Shown here one piece after another: positions 1 to 12,536 of a stretch of 64,000 bases of DNA. The notes below the pieces were generated by a model. The model saw only the letters and a list, made by a program, of their open reading frames with translations, did not search any database and was not told the DNA's origin. Both the position numbers and the translations under genes were made by a program. This DNA is from Podarcis tiliguerta (taxonomy: Eukaryota), in the NCBI GenBank assembly GCA_965153285.1, contig OZ229113.1. One strand, 5' to 3'. Numbering within the stretch: position 1 is the first letter of the stretch; the number at the start of each line of letters is the position of its first letter.

Positions 1-392
1 TTACTACAAGCCCAACAATTATTTAATGGCTAAAGGCTCATGTATGCCATCAGAACTTTCAGCTTCTGATCCCCAAGGCAATCCAATCCTCTCTTCATGT
101 TATATATGCCATGCCATACACATCTAATTGCCTTTCAGACTCCAAAGTTTTGAAAATGATTTGCTGTTCAGTGTTGGAGAACAGGAGGGGCTACTTAGAA
201 AACTCAGCAAGCATCACCAAGGGGAAAAAGGGGGGGATTCCCGCTGCACATACAAAACTAATCATCAATTTATCTGGAGTGTGGTGATCACATACCAGCA
301 ATTTTACCGGCAGCAAGATGGCATGAGCAATCTTTTAACTGTTACTGTTTCATATGAAAAGAAAGGGCACTCCCAAAATGAGATTTACTCAC

Positions 393-479
393 CAAGATTT
401 AATCTCAAAACACCTAGCAGCCCATATGCATCCATCACCTTGGTGTACATGTTCTTGATTGCCTCTTTCTCTGCAGATG
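393..479 (-). CDS. SYNJ1: Synaptojanin-1 exon 3 (87 nt; [30 protein letters not shown]); gene continues beyond the left edge
   Basis: Minus strand reads ...ttataaacag|CATCTGCA...AATCTTG|gtgagt. The phase fits exon 2 and the peptide matches the SYNJ1 N-terminus leading into the SAC1 domain. Confidence 0.95.
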
Positions 480-1789
480 CTGTTTATAAAATGTGAAGGA
501 TTCAAATTATGGCAAAAGAACTATACTTATGAAAGACTCTTCCACCTCATATCATATATATAAATGTTTTAAGTTCATTCTTGCATATACCACATGGTAC
601 TTCCATTGTCGTGATGAGATCTGAGGTTCTGCTTTTCCCCATAAATACTGAGTTGGACAGAATACCATTTTGAGTAACTTTCTGTCTGACTTGGAAGCTT
701 TTTGTATTTTCATCCATCTGTCTGTGGTCAGGAAGCCATTAAGAGTACTGCAGCATCCTGTTTTAGCTCCTACTTTAACAGGTCTTTGCACAATTTCTGG
801 CCATTACAAAGGATTGTATTAAACAAGTTATTCGGAAAATTCCTCTTCAGTTAAATTCAAAGAAATGAAGTACTGCAAAAACAGCCTGCAGTTATTCTCC
901 TGCTGCCTGTATCAGCAGCTTACATGTATAGTACAAAGATTCTAGAAATGTCATAGAACTGAAGCTCAGTTTGTAGGTGTACATATGGATAAGAGAAATG
1001 GGGAAAGGACTTACTCTTCGCCAGCCGAGATTAGAATCCAACTACAGATTACAAATTGACAAAACTCATATTTCTGAAGAACAAATACAAATTATAGTAA
1101 CATCACTAACTCTTAAGGTTCTAAGGGATGTGGGGAAGAAAAAGAATTTCTCCTTGTCCACGACCTTCTACTCAAATATAACATTCTTCTAATCCTTATT
1201 ACTGCTTTGCTAAGCCAAGATTTTGCAGCCATGATAAACTGATAGCAAGAGATACAGTGAAAATCCACTTCAGTAGCAGTAGACTCACTTGTACACAATG
1301 AAGCAGTAGACCTGTGACATCATAATCACACAAATTAATGAGGGGTGTCTTTCTCTGGGATTGAAATTTCAAACCAAATTTAAAGCATTTTTAATGGCAA
1401 TTCTTGTTCCTCTAAATCAGGGGTGGATCTCCATACATTGCTGAACTACAGCTTCCAGAGTTGCAGATGCTGGTCATGATTAGGCAGTCTTAAGAAGAAG
1501 GGAAAGATGCCAGTTAAGCTCCATACAGAGCACTTTGATGAACTGAGACATAAAAGGGCATATATAGGAGACTGAAAAAGGTATATGTAACAGGGATGTT
1601 TACAACAGTGCACCCCAAACTGTACGAACAGGAAGGATAAGACAAGAATGAGCTGCAAGGAAATGGCAGGTCTGCTGCTTAGACAAGACAGTAAGTATAA
1701 ACAAGTGATACAGTGAAAGAAGAACTACTCAAACTCATAGTTTGCCTCAATCTTCTACCACAAAACATACTGTGTTCTACCTGAGAAGA

Positions 1790-2800
1790 GAATGACAAAT
1801 GATATAAGGAGAGGCTTGAACCCCAAGAGATAGAGAATCCTTAGCAACTGTAAACACGTTCAAGTCTCCAAGGCCAAATGAATTACACTCCATGGTGCTA
1901 AATGAGTTTGCAGGTATTTTCTCAAAACCACTGACTAATCTTATGAGAGCTCTTGGAGGATGAGTCAAGTCTCAAAACACTGGAGATAGGAACATTTGAG
2001 ATGGGGACACAGGGAATCTGGAAAACTACAGGCCAGGCACCCAAACACAGAACAAAGAAAGGTTATTAAGCATTTGGTCTATAAGCATCTAAAAACATTG
2101 CATCAATTTCTATGAGCCAGCATAGGTTGCAAAAATAAGGAATGTCAGATCAACCTTGTGTTCTTTTTGCTAAGAGCTACTAGCCTAGTATGTAATCATG
2201 GGAGTATCACATATACAGTATATCTTGATTTCAGCAAAGAATTTGACAGGGTCTCCCATGGTTGCCTTGATGACAAAATGGTAACTGAACTGGGCAATAC
2301 TGTAGCTAAGTGGCAGCCACAGCTGGTTGAGCACTTTTACCCAGTGAGCACTCATTAATAGCTCTGTATCAAACTGGAGGAAAGTCTTGAGCAGAATATC
2401 ATAGGGCTCAGTCCCACGCACTGTGTTGTTCAGTATTTTCTTAAAGACTTGAATGAGGGAAAAGCTTGTAAGATTTGCAAATGAGAAAGTTGGGAGGAAT
2501 ACACAGAAGACAGTATCAAGATCCAAAAGAAAAAGATATCCTAAAATACTGAAACACTAGGCTGCAACAACAGGTGAAATTCAACAGAGATAAATGTAAA
2601 ATCCAGCATGTAAGTGGAAAAAAGAAAAAGAAAATCAAAGGCAGAATACACTATTAAAAACTAATGCAGACTCAGGCTGCATTAACATAGTACCTGTATA
2701 GTGTTCAGATCACAGGTAGTAAACATAGCATTCTATCTAGTACTGATGAGAATGCATCAGAAATACTGTGTCCGGTACTTGATGCCACATTTTAAGAGAG
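1790..2800 (+). mobile_element. Degraded CR1 LINE ORF2 (reverse transcriptase) fragment
   Basis: Translates to KSPRPNELHSMVLNEFAGIFSKPL and VYLDFSKEFDRVSH, typical CR1 RT motifs, with stops and frameshifts. Boundaries approximate. Confidence 0.85.
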
Positions 2801-4955
2801 GGTACTAAAGTCTAACAACTGCTCCCTATCTAGCTATATTTTCATTCTATTAAAATGTTCTAAAGCTGCAATCTTCGCATAATTACTTGAGAATAAGCCC
2901 CACTGAACTAAGTGCTGCTCAGTTCTGAGTAAACATACATGAGAGTGCACTACAAAGATTGAGGTATTAAATACCTACCCTACATGCATGTAAATAAACC
3001 CTCTTTTGCTGTGTTAATGCATACAGGCACTTGAACACTTCCATCCCTAGAGAGTTTATTCTTTCACTTAGCTACATCCATAATTTAAATCCCCTGATGG
3101 TAGATTAGATGGTGTGTGTTAATAGAAGTGCTCAATATACATTTTAAATCTAAATTCCTTTTAAGAGCTGCCAACTGTTTGTGCAGCTGTGGCAAAAGCA
3201 GAAGTTCATGTTATAGTTCATGCTACAACATCTTAGAACATCTGCATCCTTTCCAATACAAGCCAGGCAATGCTATTAAGCCCTATGCCACTTCCCTCTA
3301 AATAAGTAGGACTAAATCTTTATCTCCATCTTTACTGGATATGTTGTTCAGCAAAGAAAAAGTATCTTTCCAGCTCATTAGCACATGAAACTGTACCTTA
3401 CATGCTTATGCATAGAATAACAACTTTGGGGGTTTTTAATATAGAGAGAAGTGTGTGACACCAAGGTTAGTGCACTATGTTATACCCAAATAATCACAAT
3501 AATATATTCCTTTCTTGGAGGAATTAAGAAACAACATATGTTGCTATAAATTTAAATAAAATGTTATTTTACACAGAATAGTGGGAAATGAATAAAATGG
3601 TTTTAGAGCTTAAAGACATGCAGAATAGTAAATTGGTTAGTTGTTAAAAGTTACACAGGCTACCCAAGTTCCGGACCATAAGCTCAAACAGTTTCAGTTA
3701 CACAGACAGATGGAGGGAGCAGAGCTTATCTTACATGGAACAAATGTGGGTGCTAAGGAGCCAGGAAAGTGGCATTAGAAGCCTAAACACATCTTGGGGG
3801 GATTTCAAATACAAATGACTGGATTTTGAACAATTACATGGACTAAGAGATAGTGAGGTTGCAGAAAAGAGAAAGGTAGAGATGCTTTGCTCCACAGTGT
3901 CAGAACAGGGTGGGGAGCAGTCTCCTAGGCAAAATAAGCACCGTTGAATAGCCTCCTGAGTTAAAAACTATAGTTAAGGCAGCTGCAAGATGTCCAGTTG
4001 CAGGAAAGAAGCTTCCTGACAGGAATTAGCTCTAGAGCAAAGAGTTATTATCTTAATGAGGATGCTGGATGGAAAAGGTAACTGAATGCTAATTAACTCA
4101 ATCATCAAGTAGGTTACCAGACATCAACACAAATTTCCTCGCGACAGAGTGGCACAGGGGTCATGAAGAGCCTCTGGCCAGTAATAACTTAAACCCAGGT
4201 GTGCCATTTGAATTATCTCATGGGAAAAGGCAGTAATATTTTCCTAAGAAATGTAAGTTTAGGCTTAAACTAATTACTGGTGGAAATTGCTTGTTGGAGG
4301 AAGCCCCCATTAGATATAGCAAAGATTCTGGATACTAATTAGGCTTGCACTTACGTTGCAGTAATTGCAAAATTTTGTTTCTATGCATGGTTGCTATTAT
4401 GGGAGAATATACTATTTAAACCAATGTTGCCTTCTCTTATATTGCAAGAGCACCACACTAACTGCTGAGAGGAATGCCAAAAGAGACACCGTTCAGGGGC
4501 ATTTGTAGCTTTCCAGTTGAATTGAGCTTCTAGGTTACAGGTTTGAACACAATGCTGAACTGCCTAGCTAAAAACGGATGTGAAAACTTCTGATGTTCCT
4601 TCAGGCACACTGGAGGGTACCAGAGGGAAGATGAGCCCAAGGCTCATACTCAAAAATGCTAAACAGTCACAGTTTACCTTTACATCTGCTTATGTTACAA
4701 ATAGGATAAGTAGACTTTTAAGGCAAGTTTCAAGAAATAGCAATACAGTAAATTCAAAAATGTATTACTCTGAAAAATATAGTAGGGCAAAACACCTTTA
4801 AGCAAAAAAGACCAGGAAATATACTAAGGACATTTAGATCACTGACACAACAGATATGGTGACTCAACATTTCTTCATCTGTTTTCATTTTTTAGCATTA
4901 GGAGTTTTTTTATTAAGTTAGCCATCTGCTGTATTTGCAGAGTTTTGCTACTTAC

Positions 4956-5079
4956 AGAGAACAGCCACAGCACCAGACTCGAACATGAGACATTCTTCCT
5001 TGTTTCTGGCTTCTACTATCACACTGAATGGCGGTGGGTCCAGCTTATGATAGATACGATAACCTTTACTGAATGCCAT
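4956..5079 (-). CDS. SYNJ1: Synaptojanin-1 exon 2 coding part ([41 protein letters not shown]); exon spans 4956-5101
   Basis: Recognisable SYNJ1 N-terminus. Acceptor gttacacag| at 5102-5103 lies 22 nt before the ATG (5079). Donor |gtaagt at 4955. 124 coding nt. Confidence 0.96.
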
Positions 5080-5394
5080 TTTTCCTTTATCAGAGGCAGA
5101 ACTGTGTAACAAAGTACAAAAAAAAAGTGTTAGTGAAGGTTTCTCAACATACAGAGACATCATTTCTAAAGCAGTGTGAAACTAACCTATACAACTGGCA
5201 CAGCTGCATTAATTTCTACTAGCTGGAACCCAATAACTTTGCTGGAATGTGTTTTTAATATGCCTACCTTCTAGCATCCTTCCCATGATGCAAGAACTAC
5301 ATCAGGATTAGTTAAGAGAATCAACGTCAGCTGAATAACAGATATATACCACAGGTAAATTGTGATAAATGTTTGCATGAAATATAAAAAGTTA

Positions 5395-6050
5395 TGCAAT
5401 GCCACTGGCTACAGTCACTCATGCCCTATTCACTTCCAGCTTGCCTCATAGTGGGCTGCCTTCAAAGACAATTCAGGGCTTTTCTGATTTGACTAGAATG
5501 CAACTGCCTGGCTACTGGCTGTAACATGACGGATCCATGTTGCTCTATGAACATAAATGGCTGCCTTATACGGAATCAGACCATTGGCTGATCTAGCTCA
5601 GTATTTTTCAGACTGGTAGCAACTCTCTATGGTTTTAGATAGATGACCTTACAAGTACTACCTAGAGATGCTGGGTATCGAACCAGGAACTTTCTGAATG
5701 TGAAGCAAATGCTCTGCTAGTGAGCTACAGCCCTTTTCTGATTATATATTACCTGCACTGATTACCAATTGTTTCTGGGCTCAATTCAAAGTGCAGTTAT
5801 AACCTTTTAAACCTTAGCATCTTGGAACCAAAGCATTTTAAGAATCTCCTTCACCCATCATAGCAATATGCCAAACCTTTGAACAGTCTACCACCCTGCT
5901 CCATTATGTGCTACCATGGTACATGGGGGGGGGGGCATGAGGAGGAAGTCACCAGTGGAACACCATACCAAGGAAAGTATGTTTGGTCCCATCATTAGTC
6001 ACCTTTTAATGAGCAACAACATGCCCCCTTTAATGTCTCTTTCGGTTGCT
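5395..6050 (+). mobile_element. L2-clade LINE 3' fragment, interrupted by a SINE
   Basis: L2-type 3' ORF2 remnants (ctgcactgattaccaattg...gctcaattcaaagtg...). Boundaries approximate. Confidence 0.55.
5549..5733 (-). mobile_element. tRNA-derived SINE (Squam3-like)
   Basis: Minus strand begins GGGCTGTAGCTCACTAGCAGAGCA...GGTTCGATACCC (A/B-box-like head), followed by a body shared with the copy at 22799-22965. Confidence 0.7.
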
Positions 6051-8029
6051 GCTTTTTTAAAAAACTGCTTCACTGGCTACTGTTCTTAAACTGGCTTATT
6101 TTTATTGTTTAGTCTAATTTTGTAATTATTTCAATTCATGCAACTGGACAGTGCATATTGTCTGGGTTATTTATTTTTAATACTCATCCATAATAAGTGG
6201 CTGGGGTGTTGTTGTTTTTTCGGGGGGTGATTTTTGAGGAAGAATACTTTTAGGAGATTTGTTTTGTTTTAATGGATTTTATTGCCTACTGCATGCTGTT
6301 CACATAAATAGCTTCACTTTGGGATTTGTGTGAGAAGCAGTACATAAATTGAATTAATCTAATATTTTACAACATTATTTGTCATCTTGATAGAATGTTA
6401 GTGCTTCATGAGAAAAATACAGTTCTCATACAAGCAAATTCTTGGAATGGATTAATATACCAGTATCTAAATATTCATCAGATTCTTAATTGCCACAATG
6501 CAACCTAAATGTGCATCTGCATCATCTGCTTTCTGAGAATATATCCCAAGAGGCTCAAGAAAAGTGAGTGTAGTCCATATCTTATGACATTCCTAATTAT
6601 GGTTGCATATCATATTTTGTAGGAGGATTAGCACCATGCAAAACACATACTAATGTCTCCATAATTTTACAATGGACAAACAGGCATTAAAGAAACATTG
6701 TTCTTGACAAGCTTGCTACATTTCTTTAAAAATGCTTACTCATGAGGTAATCCACTAATGGCACACACTCCAATTTGCCACTATCTTATCAATTCTCAAG
6801 CACATCTATTCACAAGTGCTACAACCTGTCACTGTAATCAGCATGCTGCCTTGCCTCCTCCCAAGGATATCTACTTGCAAGAAGGCATCTCAAACCATAT
6901 CAAGTGCAGGCTAGACATCTAACAAGTTTTCCTGTGCCTCTTCTTTGATCATATGAGCTGCAAACGCCAAAAGACCATTTCCCAGAAGAAAGCTCACAGC
7001 AGTGAAGTACAAGCAGAAAAAAATAAGCAGAAATAAAACCCAAATGTTATGATGGTCTATGAACCAAATGAGACAAATAAGGTCATGAGGTATAAATTAG
7101 CAAAACTTATTTTATTTTGCACTTTCCAGAAACAATTGAAGCCATTTTGTTCTGATAGACTTTATGGCTTGGATAAATGTCAACATTGTATGTTTTCTGC
7201 CTTATTTTAAATGCATTTGTTGGTTTTCTGTTCTTAACTGTTATAAATTATTTTCGGTGTATATTGCCTTGATGGTTGTTTAGAAGGCAATTAATTAATC
7301 AATGATGTTAAAAAAACAGTAAGAGTAACAATAACAATACCTTGAGTCAGAATAGGTTTGTTTTTAAGTGTAGCAAGCTTAAAAACACAAATTAAGGGTT
7401 TAATATTTCATTACAATTCTGCATTCCACATATAATCAAACTGCTCAGTCAGGGCTTAACCTAAGCTAAGGATCATCAGGGCTCAGTTCTAGAAAATGAT
7501 ACTATATTTGCTTCAGTATGTTCTGCTACAGGATAGTTAACAAACATCTATTCTACATCCATACACAGACAGACAGACCAGACTTCCTGGCCTCTATCAG
7601 CAGCACACCAGGAGCACATAACATGTAATTTGGCACTTGATTCAGCTATGAAACTAGAAGCAACCAATTTAACACCCTATTTCCTTTTATGAATTACATC
7701 CCATGTGTATTTTATTTATTCTGTACAAGAAAGTATACCAGCAAGCAGCCTCAACCGCTCCTCTCCGTTGCTGCTTATGCATACATTCATAAACCCCTAA
7801 CGATTTCTTTTTAATTGCATCCAAAACATCTTTGTTATAAGAGCGCCAAGCAGTGATTTTGCTTCGAGCATTTCAATGTTTATTCCCTTGTCATCTGTTA
7901 TCACGGAAATACCGCATCACCGAGTACGGTAATCGGTTGCTCAATAGAACACAACCGAGAGAAAAATGATTAGTAATCATAGCAGTAAGGGGTGGGTGGG
8001 AAGCAGCGTAATTATTATTATTTTTTTAA

Positions 8030-9320
8030 GCGATTGTCTCGAGCAGTGAAAGCAACACTTCGGGGATGATACATAAAAAAATACGAAGTAGTGCAGAGAC
8101 GCTTCCCGCAGCCACCTGCCTTGGCAGTTCCTTCCTCCCCACCTCCCACCTTGGCCCCGCACCCGCTTTAGAGGAAAAGCGACCCTCTCGCTTCTCCAGG
8201 ACCGGGGAGGGGGAGTGGCAGCCCAGCGAAGCTCGACCCCCGCTTCGCCCCGGAGGAAGAGCGCCTGCTGCCACCACAACATGCCCGGCCGCCGTTTCTA
8301 CCCAGACAGGAACGAGGCTAGAGGGCTTCTTTCCCCCGCTTCCAGGGGTAAAAAGAAAAAGCGGGGCGGGGCGGGGGCAAAAAGGGGAAAGCGAGGCAAC
8401 CGGAAAAGGTTCGCGGTCTGCAGACAGTTATGAGGGAGCGAGACAGACGGCTCGGCTCCCTCGACAGGCACGCTGCTGCAGTAGGTGGGTGGGAAAGCGG
8501 GCACCCGCGAAGGGAGAATAATAATGATAATGATAATAATAATAATAGGAACCGAACCCGCGTCGCCCTCCCCGTGACAGACCGAGGAAGAGCCGTGTGG
8601 GTGTCGGCACGGCTCAAGAAGCGTCCATCTTGTGCCGAGGGAGCCGCTTCCCTTCTCCCCTCGCCAGCCCCGCCAAGGTGGCTCCGGCTTCCTACGCACC
8701 GCGGGGACTTAGGCTTGTCTACACGGAGGCAGGAGAAAGCGGGAAGTGGTGTGAGGATTTGGGGGGGGGGGAGGAGAGAGAGAGAGAGAGAAATATATAC
8801 TGACGTCTCGCCTGCTCTCCTGCTCAGCTCAGCTTCCCTTACCGGCTCCTCCGCCACCTCCAGGGGCGCTTCTTCGTGCCGCTGCCTGAGGCGGCTGCCT
8901 CACTTCCTCTCTGGCAGGGCCACCGCTTCCGCATTGCACCGCCCCCCCCTACACCCACACCGGAAGTAGTGCGGAGGTAGGGGGGGAACGGAGGGCAGCG
9001 CGAGCGCCTAAAGGGCGGGCGGGTTTCGTGCCAGCCGTTCGCCAAGGCAGCGGCGGCGGCGGCGGCGCGTCTTTGGCGCCTTACATAAGCGCCCCCTTTT
9101 CGCCCCTGAGGCTGCGGCTTAAGGGACGCTGGCTTGAGAGTAAGCTCCACTGAACTCAGTAGGGCTTACCTCCGAGTAGAAACGCCCCTCATTCTGCTTG
9201 GCAGGCGCCGAAGCAGCGGGTTTCCACCCTCATTTCTTTCTGTTACCTGTCGTATGATGGGCTGCGGCGCTTGTGCCGAGCCTTGTTGTCCTATTGACTG
9301 ACAGAAGGCACGACGAACGT
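8030..9320. promoter_or_regulatory. CpG-island promoter of SYNJ1
   Basis: Dense CpG and high GC content. GC boxes (ggggcggggcgggggc near 8363), ETS/GABP motif CCGGAAGT at 8960-8967, CRE-like TGACGTCT at 8801. Surrounds exon 1. Confidence 0.85.
8843..8934 (-). CDS. SYNJ1: Synaptojanin-1 exon 1, upstream in-frame ATG (MRKRWPCQRGSEAAASGSGTKKRPWRWRRSR), long-isoform N-terminal extension
   Basis: ATG at 8934 and donor CCG|gtaagg at 8842. The 92 nt plus 22 nt of exon 2 join in frame to MAFSKG. Resembles the recalled human long-isoform start MRKRWAC... Confidence 0.75.
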
Positions 9321-10489
9321 TAAAATGACTAACCACCATCATAATAAAAGCACTCCTCCTCCCCGGTGCCTTTACTGGGAGCAGGTTCTTACTCTTTAGT
9401 TAGGTTGGCTGCTGATGAATCACACCCACGGTCGGTTTTCAGACACACTCGGTCAAATACAAGGGGCCTTCCTGAATGGTACTAGACGTGTAAACATGGC
9501 ATTTCAGACTACCCTTTGCAATGTTTTTTGTTGTTGTAATATTTACCTCCTGGGAATGTTTGATCTGGCTGTCAAGGCTATATTACTACTATAATCCGAA
9601 ATGCTAAGCCTTTTCTATTGCAGTGTTTTAAAACGACACTGGACTGCTCAGCCAAAATTACTGTTTTTGCTGTGACCCCTGAATAGGGTAACTATTTGAG
9701 TAATTCGAGGAACCTGCTTCTGGTTTATTACCCGTTAATAATTGTAGACTACAGTCCTTTAGTCACTTGCCTAGGAGTGGGCCCCACTGAACTCTTTCTT
9801 CACAGTAGACATACATAGGGGTTAAAAAATATTTCAAGGTAAAATCCATTCCTACTTTTTTTGAAAGGCAGGCTACAAATGTTGCAAATAATTGTCTATC
9901 ATTGCAGTCTAGCTTTTTTTCTGCCTCCCCTTGCCTTCAACCTTCTTATTGCGAAAGGCTTTAGGACAGTCTTGCTCTATTTTTGGATGACACAAGTTAC
10001 TTAACACTGTGAAGGTTAGATACAGTGCCAGAATTAGACTTTCCCAGCTGTCTGTATGCAGTTCCCAGTTAAGCTAGACTGTTGATTATGTTTTCAGCAG
10101 TGTGCATACGCTTGCAGCAAATTTAATAAACATATAAATGTGCAGCAAGCATATGCACACTGTTGCTATGCTGCTGGGTGTTGGTGGTGGTGGGGGGGTA
10201 ACCATGATCTGGGTTAATATTACATCCAAACAAACCAAGACTAGTAATCAACTACTTTTGGGTTTTTGGGGGACGACGACATGATCCTAGATTTAGTGCA
10301 CTGCTACACCAGATCACGACTTGTTTGTTGTTAGCAGGGTGGTGGAAGGTGTACCATTAAGCCATAGTTTACTGTAACTGCAGTTTAATAAGGCTGTAGT
10401 ATTAATACTATTGTCTGAGAATTTGATGTTGGTTGGCCTTATAACTGAAAATAATCAATGTAATAAATTCATAAAATGATTCAGTGTTC

Positions 10490-12418
10490 AAAAAGCAGAC
10501 TGTACATTTAATATTTTCTTTACATCACATGACAGGAGCATCATCAAGTACAATGATCCAAAGTTATTTAATATTTCAATTTCTACTTTTCTCAAGTATA
10601 ATATACTACACTTGAAGATAAGCAGACTATCTACAACAGTGACAATATTCTTCAGAATTCAAACTAATCTCAGTAGTAGCAAGCCATGACTCAAAAATAA
10701 AAGGATTTATTCTTTAAATATTAAACAATGCAACATTTTGGAATAGTCAATATTGTGACCATAGGACAGGGGTGTCAAACTCAAATTCACCGGGGGCCGC
10801 ATCAGCAGTTTGGTCACCCTCAAAGGGCTGGTTCGAGTTCGAGTGTCTTCAAAGCCCATGACACCTTTAACAGCTGGATTAAGTAATGCAAAGCTTCTGG
10901 CTCATGGAACACTACACCTTGATTTCATTTGAATACATATATGAACATAAAAATTGTTTCCTGCTTGGCTTGGTGTTTAAGTTACACAAGATGTGCAGGT
11001 TTTAATTTTTCTCATTCCCCAATTTTTAATCGAGCATTTGTTTGGATTTCCCCCCCTTTGCTACCTACCCTAAACCTTTGAGGAGGGTGGGAACTGATGG
11101 CCGGACCCTGTAATAACATTGAGGGAAAAATTGCATGATGTGTAAATACCCTAAAAAATAAACCAATTCCTTATCAGCTTTCCCCCCATATATAAATTTT
11201 TGCAACGCACACCCTGCGGAAGCCGCGCCTGACGTTATTTACAAAACATGCACTTGCGTATCGAATTTGCTTTTGAATCACGAATCCCCAGAGGCGGAGG
11301 ATGCTGTTCATTGGGCAGCGCGGAAACGCGCCTAAAGAAATAAATAAAGAAAAGCAAAGCAAAAGCACGCCGCCCCGAGTATTCACAGGGCGCGCTCCCG
11401 AAACACAAGCGCGCTCTCGGTCTCCCTCTCTCCAACGCACGCGAAGCCGGCTCTGCCCTTCTCCGCGTTCCACCTCGCGCAGGCGCGCTGCACTCCCGCC
11501 AGGACTTATTTCACCCCGGCGAGCCCGAAAAGAAGTTGCGAGCAGCAGCAGCGGCCTCCCATATCCAACCCCGCCCTCGCCGTGTCAAATAAGTCTCAGC
11601 TAGGTAGCTGGAGGAGGGGGAGGCCTGCGCCTGCCCCTGCGCAGAAGGGACCCGAGGCGCCCTGCGCGCGCACCGCAGCCCAAGCTTCCCTCACAGATAT
11701 ATATATAGACCAGACTACACGGGCCACATGACGAGGTCTGGCGGGCCGGATTCGGCCCGCGGGCCTTGTGTTTGACACCCGTGCCATAGGATATAAACAA
11801 ATATGTGGACATAGGGGAGGGTTAATAATCTGAATTATTAAATTGTGAGAAAATATATTGCCAGTAAGAGTTAAAGGGATAAAAAAATTATACAATGAAG
11901 TGTCTTGAGTTTTAATTGTGACCATACCATTACCTAAAAGCAGCTGTGAATTTTCAGCTATTTTTGTCACCAGTACATACACTTCAAACAACACTGTTAC
12001 AATTTTGGACACTTCTTTACTCTTACCCAGGTCATACTATATTCACATATTTATGACCAATTTTATTACCAAATTACTGAATATCTTACTTTGAAATAAA
12101 CCATTATTTCAAACATATAACTATGGGAATATAAATATTTGCAGATCAGTTAAATGAATTTTACAGTGTAGAATTTCCTATTAACTAATGGGCAGTTTAG
12201 TGACTAGATGGCCACCATGTAGTATAAAAATTTTGTAAACAAGATGCAGTTTTCCTGGCTTCTTTTTCACTTTGAAGACATCAATACTCTTACAGATGCT
12301 GTATATAAGAATGCACTTTGTATTAAAAACAATCGTTTACAATATAAGAAAACTTTACATATGTACAAAATTACACTTCAGGAATGATTTTTAAAGCCCA
12401 GAATTAACAGACAAAGTT
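10490..12418 (-). other. Probable PAXBP1 3' UTR with alternative poly(A) signals
   Basis: AT-rich sequence after the stop. AATAAA on the minus strand at 12062-12067 and 10706-10711, ATTAAA at 10507-10512. Pumilio element TGTACATA at 12360-12367. The distal end is inferred. Confidence 0.5.
10767..11783. mobile_element. Non-autonomous hAT (Charlie-type) DNA transposon, 1017 bp, with CpG-rich interior
   Basis: TIRs CAGGGGTGTCAAAC / GTTTGACACCCGTG. Perfect 8-bp TSD CCATAGGA at 10759-10766 and 11784-11791. GGCCC-rich subterminal motifs. Confidence 0.92.
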
Positions 12419-12536
12419 TTATTTCCCTTCACTTAAATTTTTTAATTCTTTCACATTATGATCATTTGCAACTGTTGCAGCATGGTCCAGTGCTCGAATA
12501 CTTGATAGAAGTTTTATTATCTGTTTTATATTCTCC
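12419..12536 (-). CDS. PAXBP1: PAXBP1 exon 18 (last coding; ENIKQIIKLLSSIRALDHAATVANDHNVKELKNLSEGK*)
   Basis: Acceptor cttcctag| and TAA stop at 12419-12421. Matches the PAXBP1 C-terminus. Confidence 0.95.

Noticed and set aside
5102-5163. Upstream Met codons of the 4948-5163 ORF
   Set aside because: They are intronic, upstream of the exon 2 acceptor.
7977-8969. Several overlapping 100-180 aa ORFs in the SYNJ1 CpG island
   Set aside because: Stop-poor GC-rich sequence with microsatellite-derived runs (poly-I/N/Y) and no recognisable protein. Only the spliced exon 1 frame is supported.
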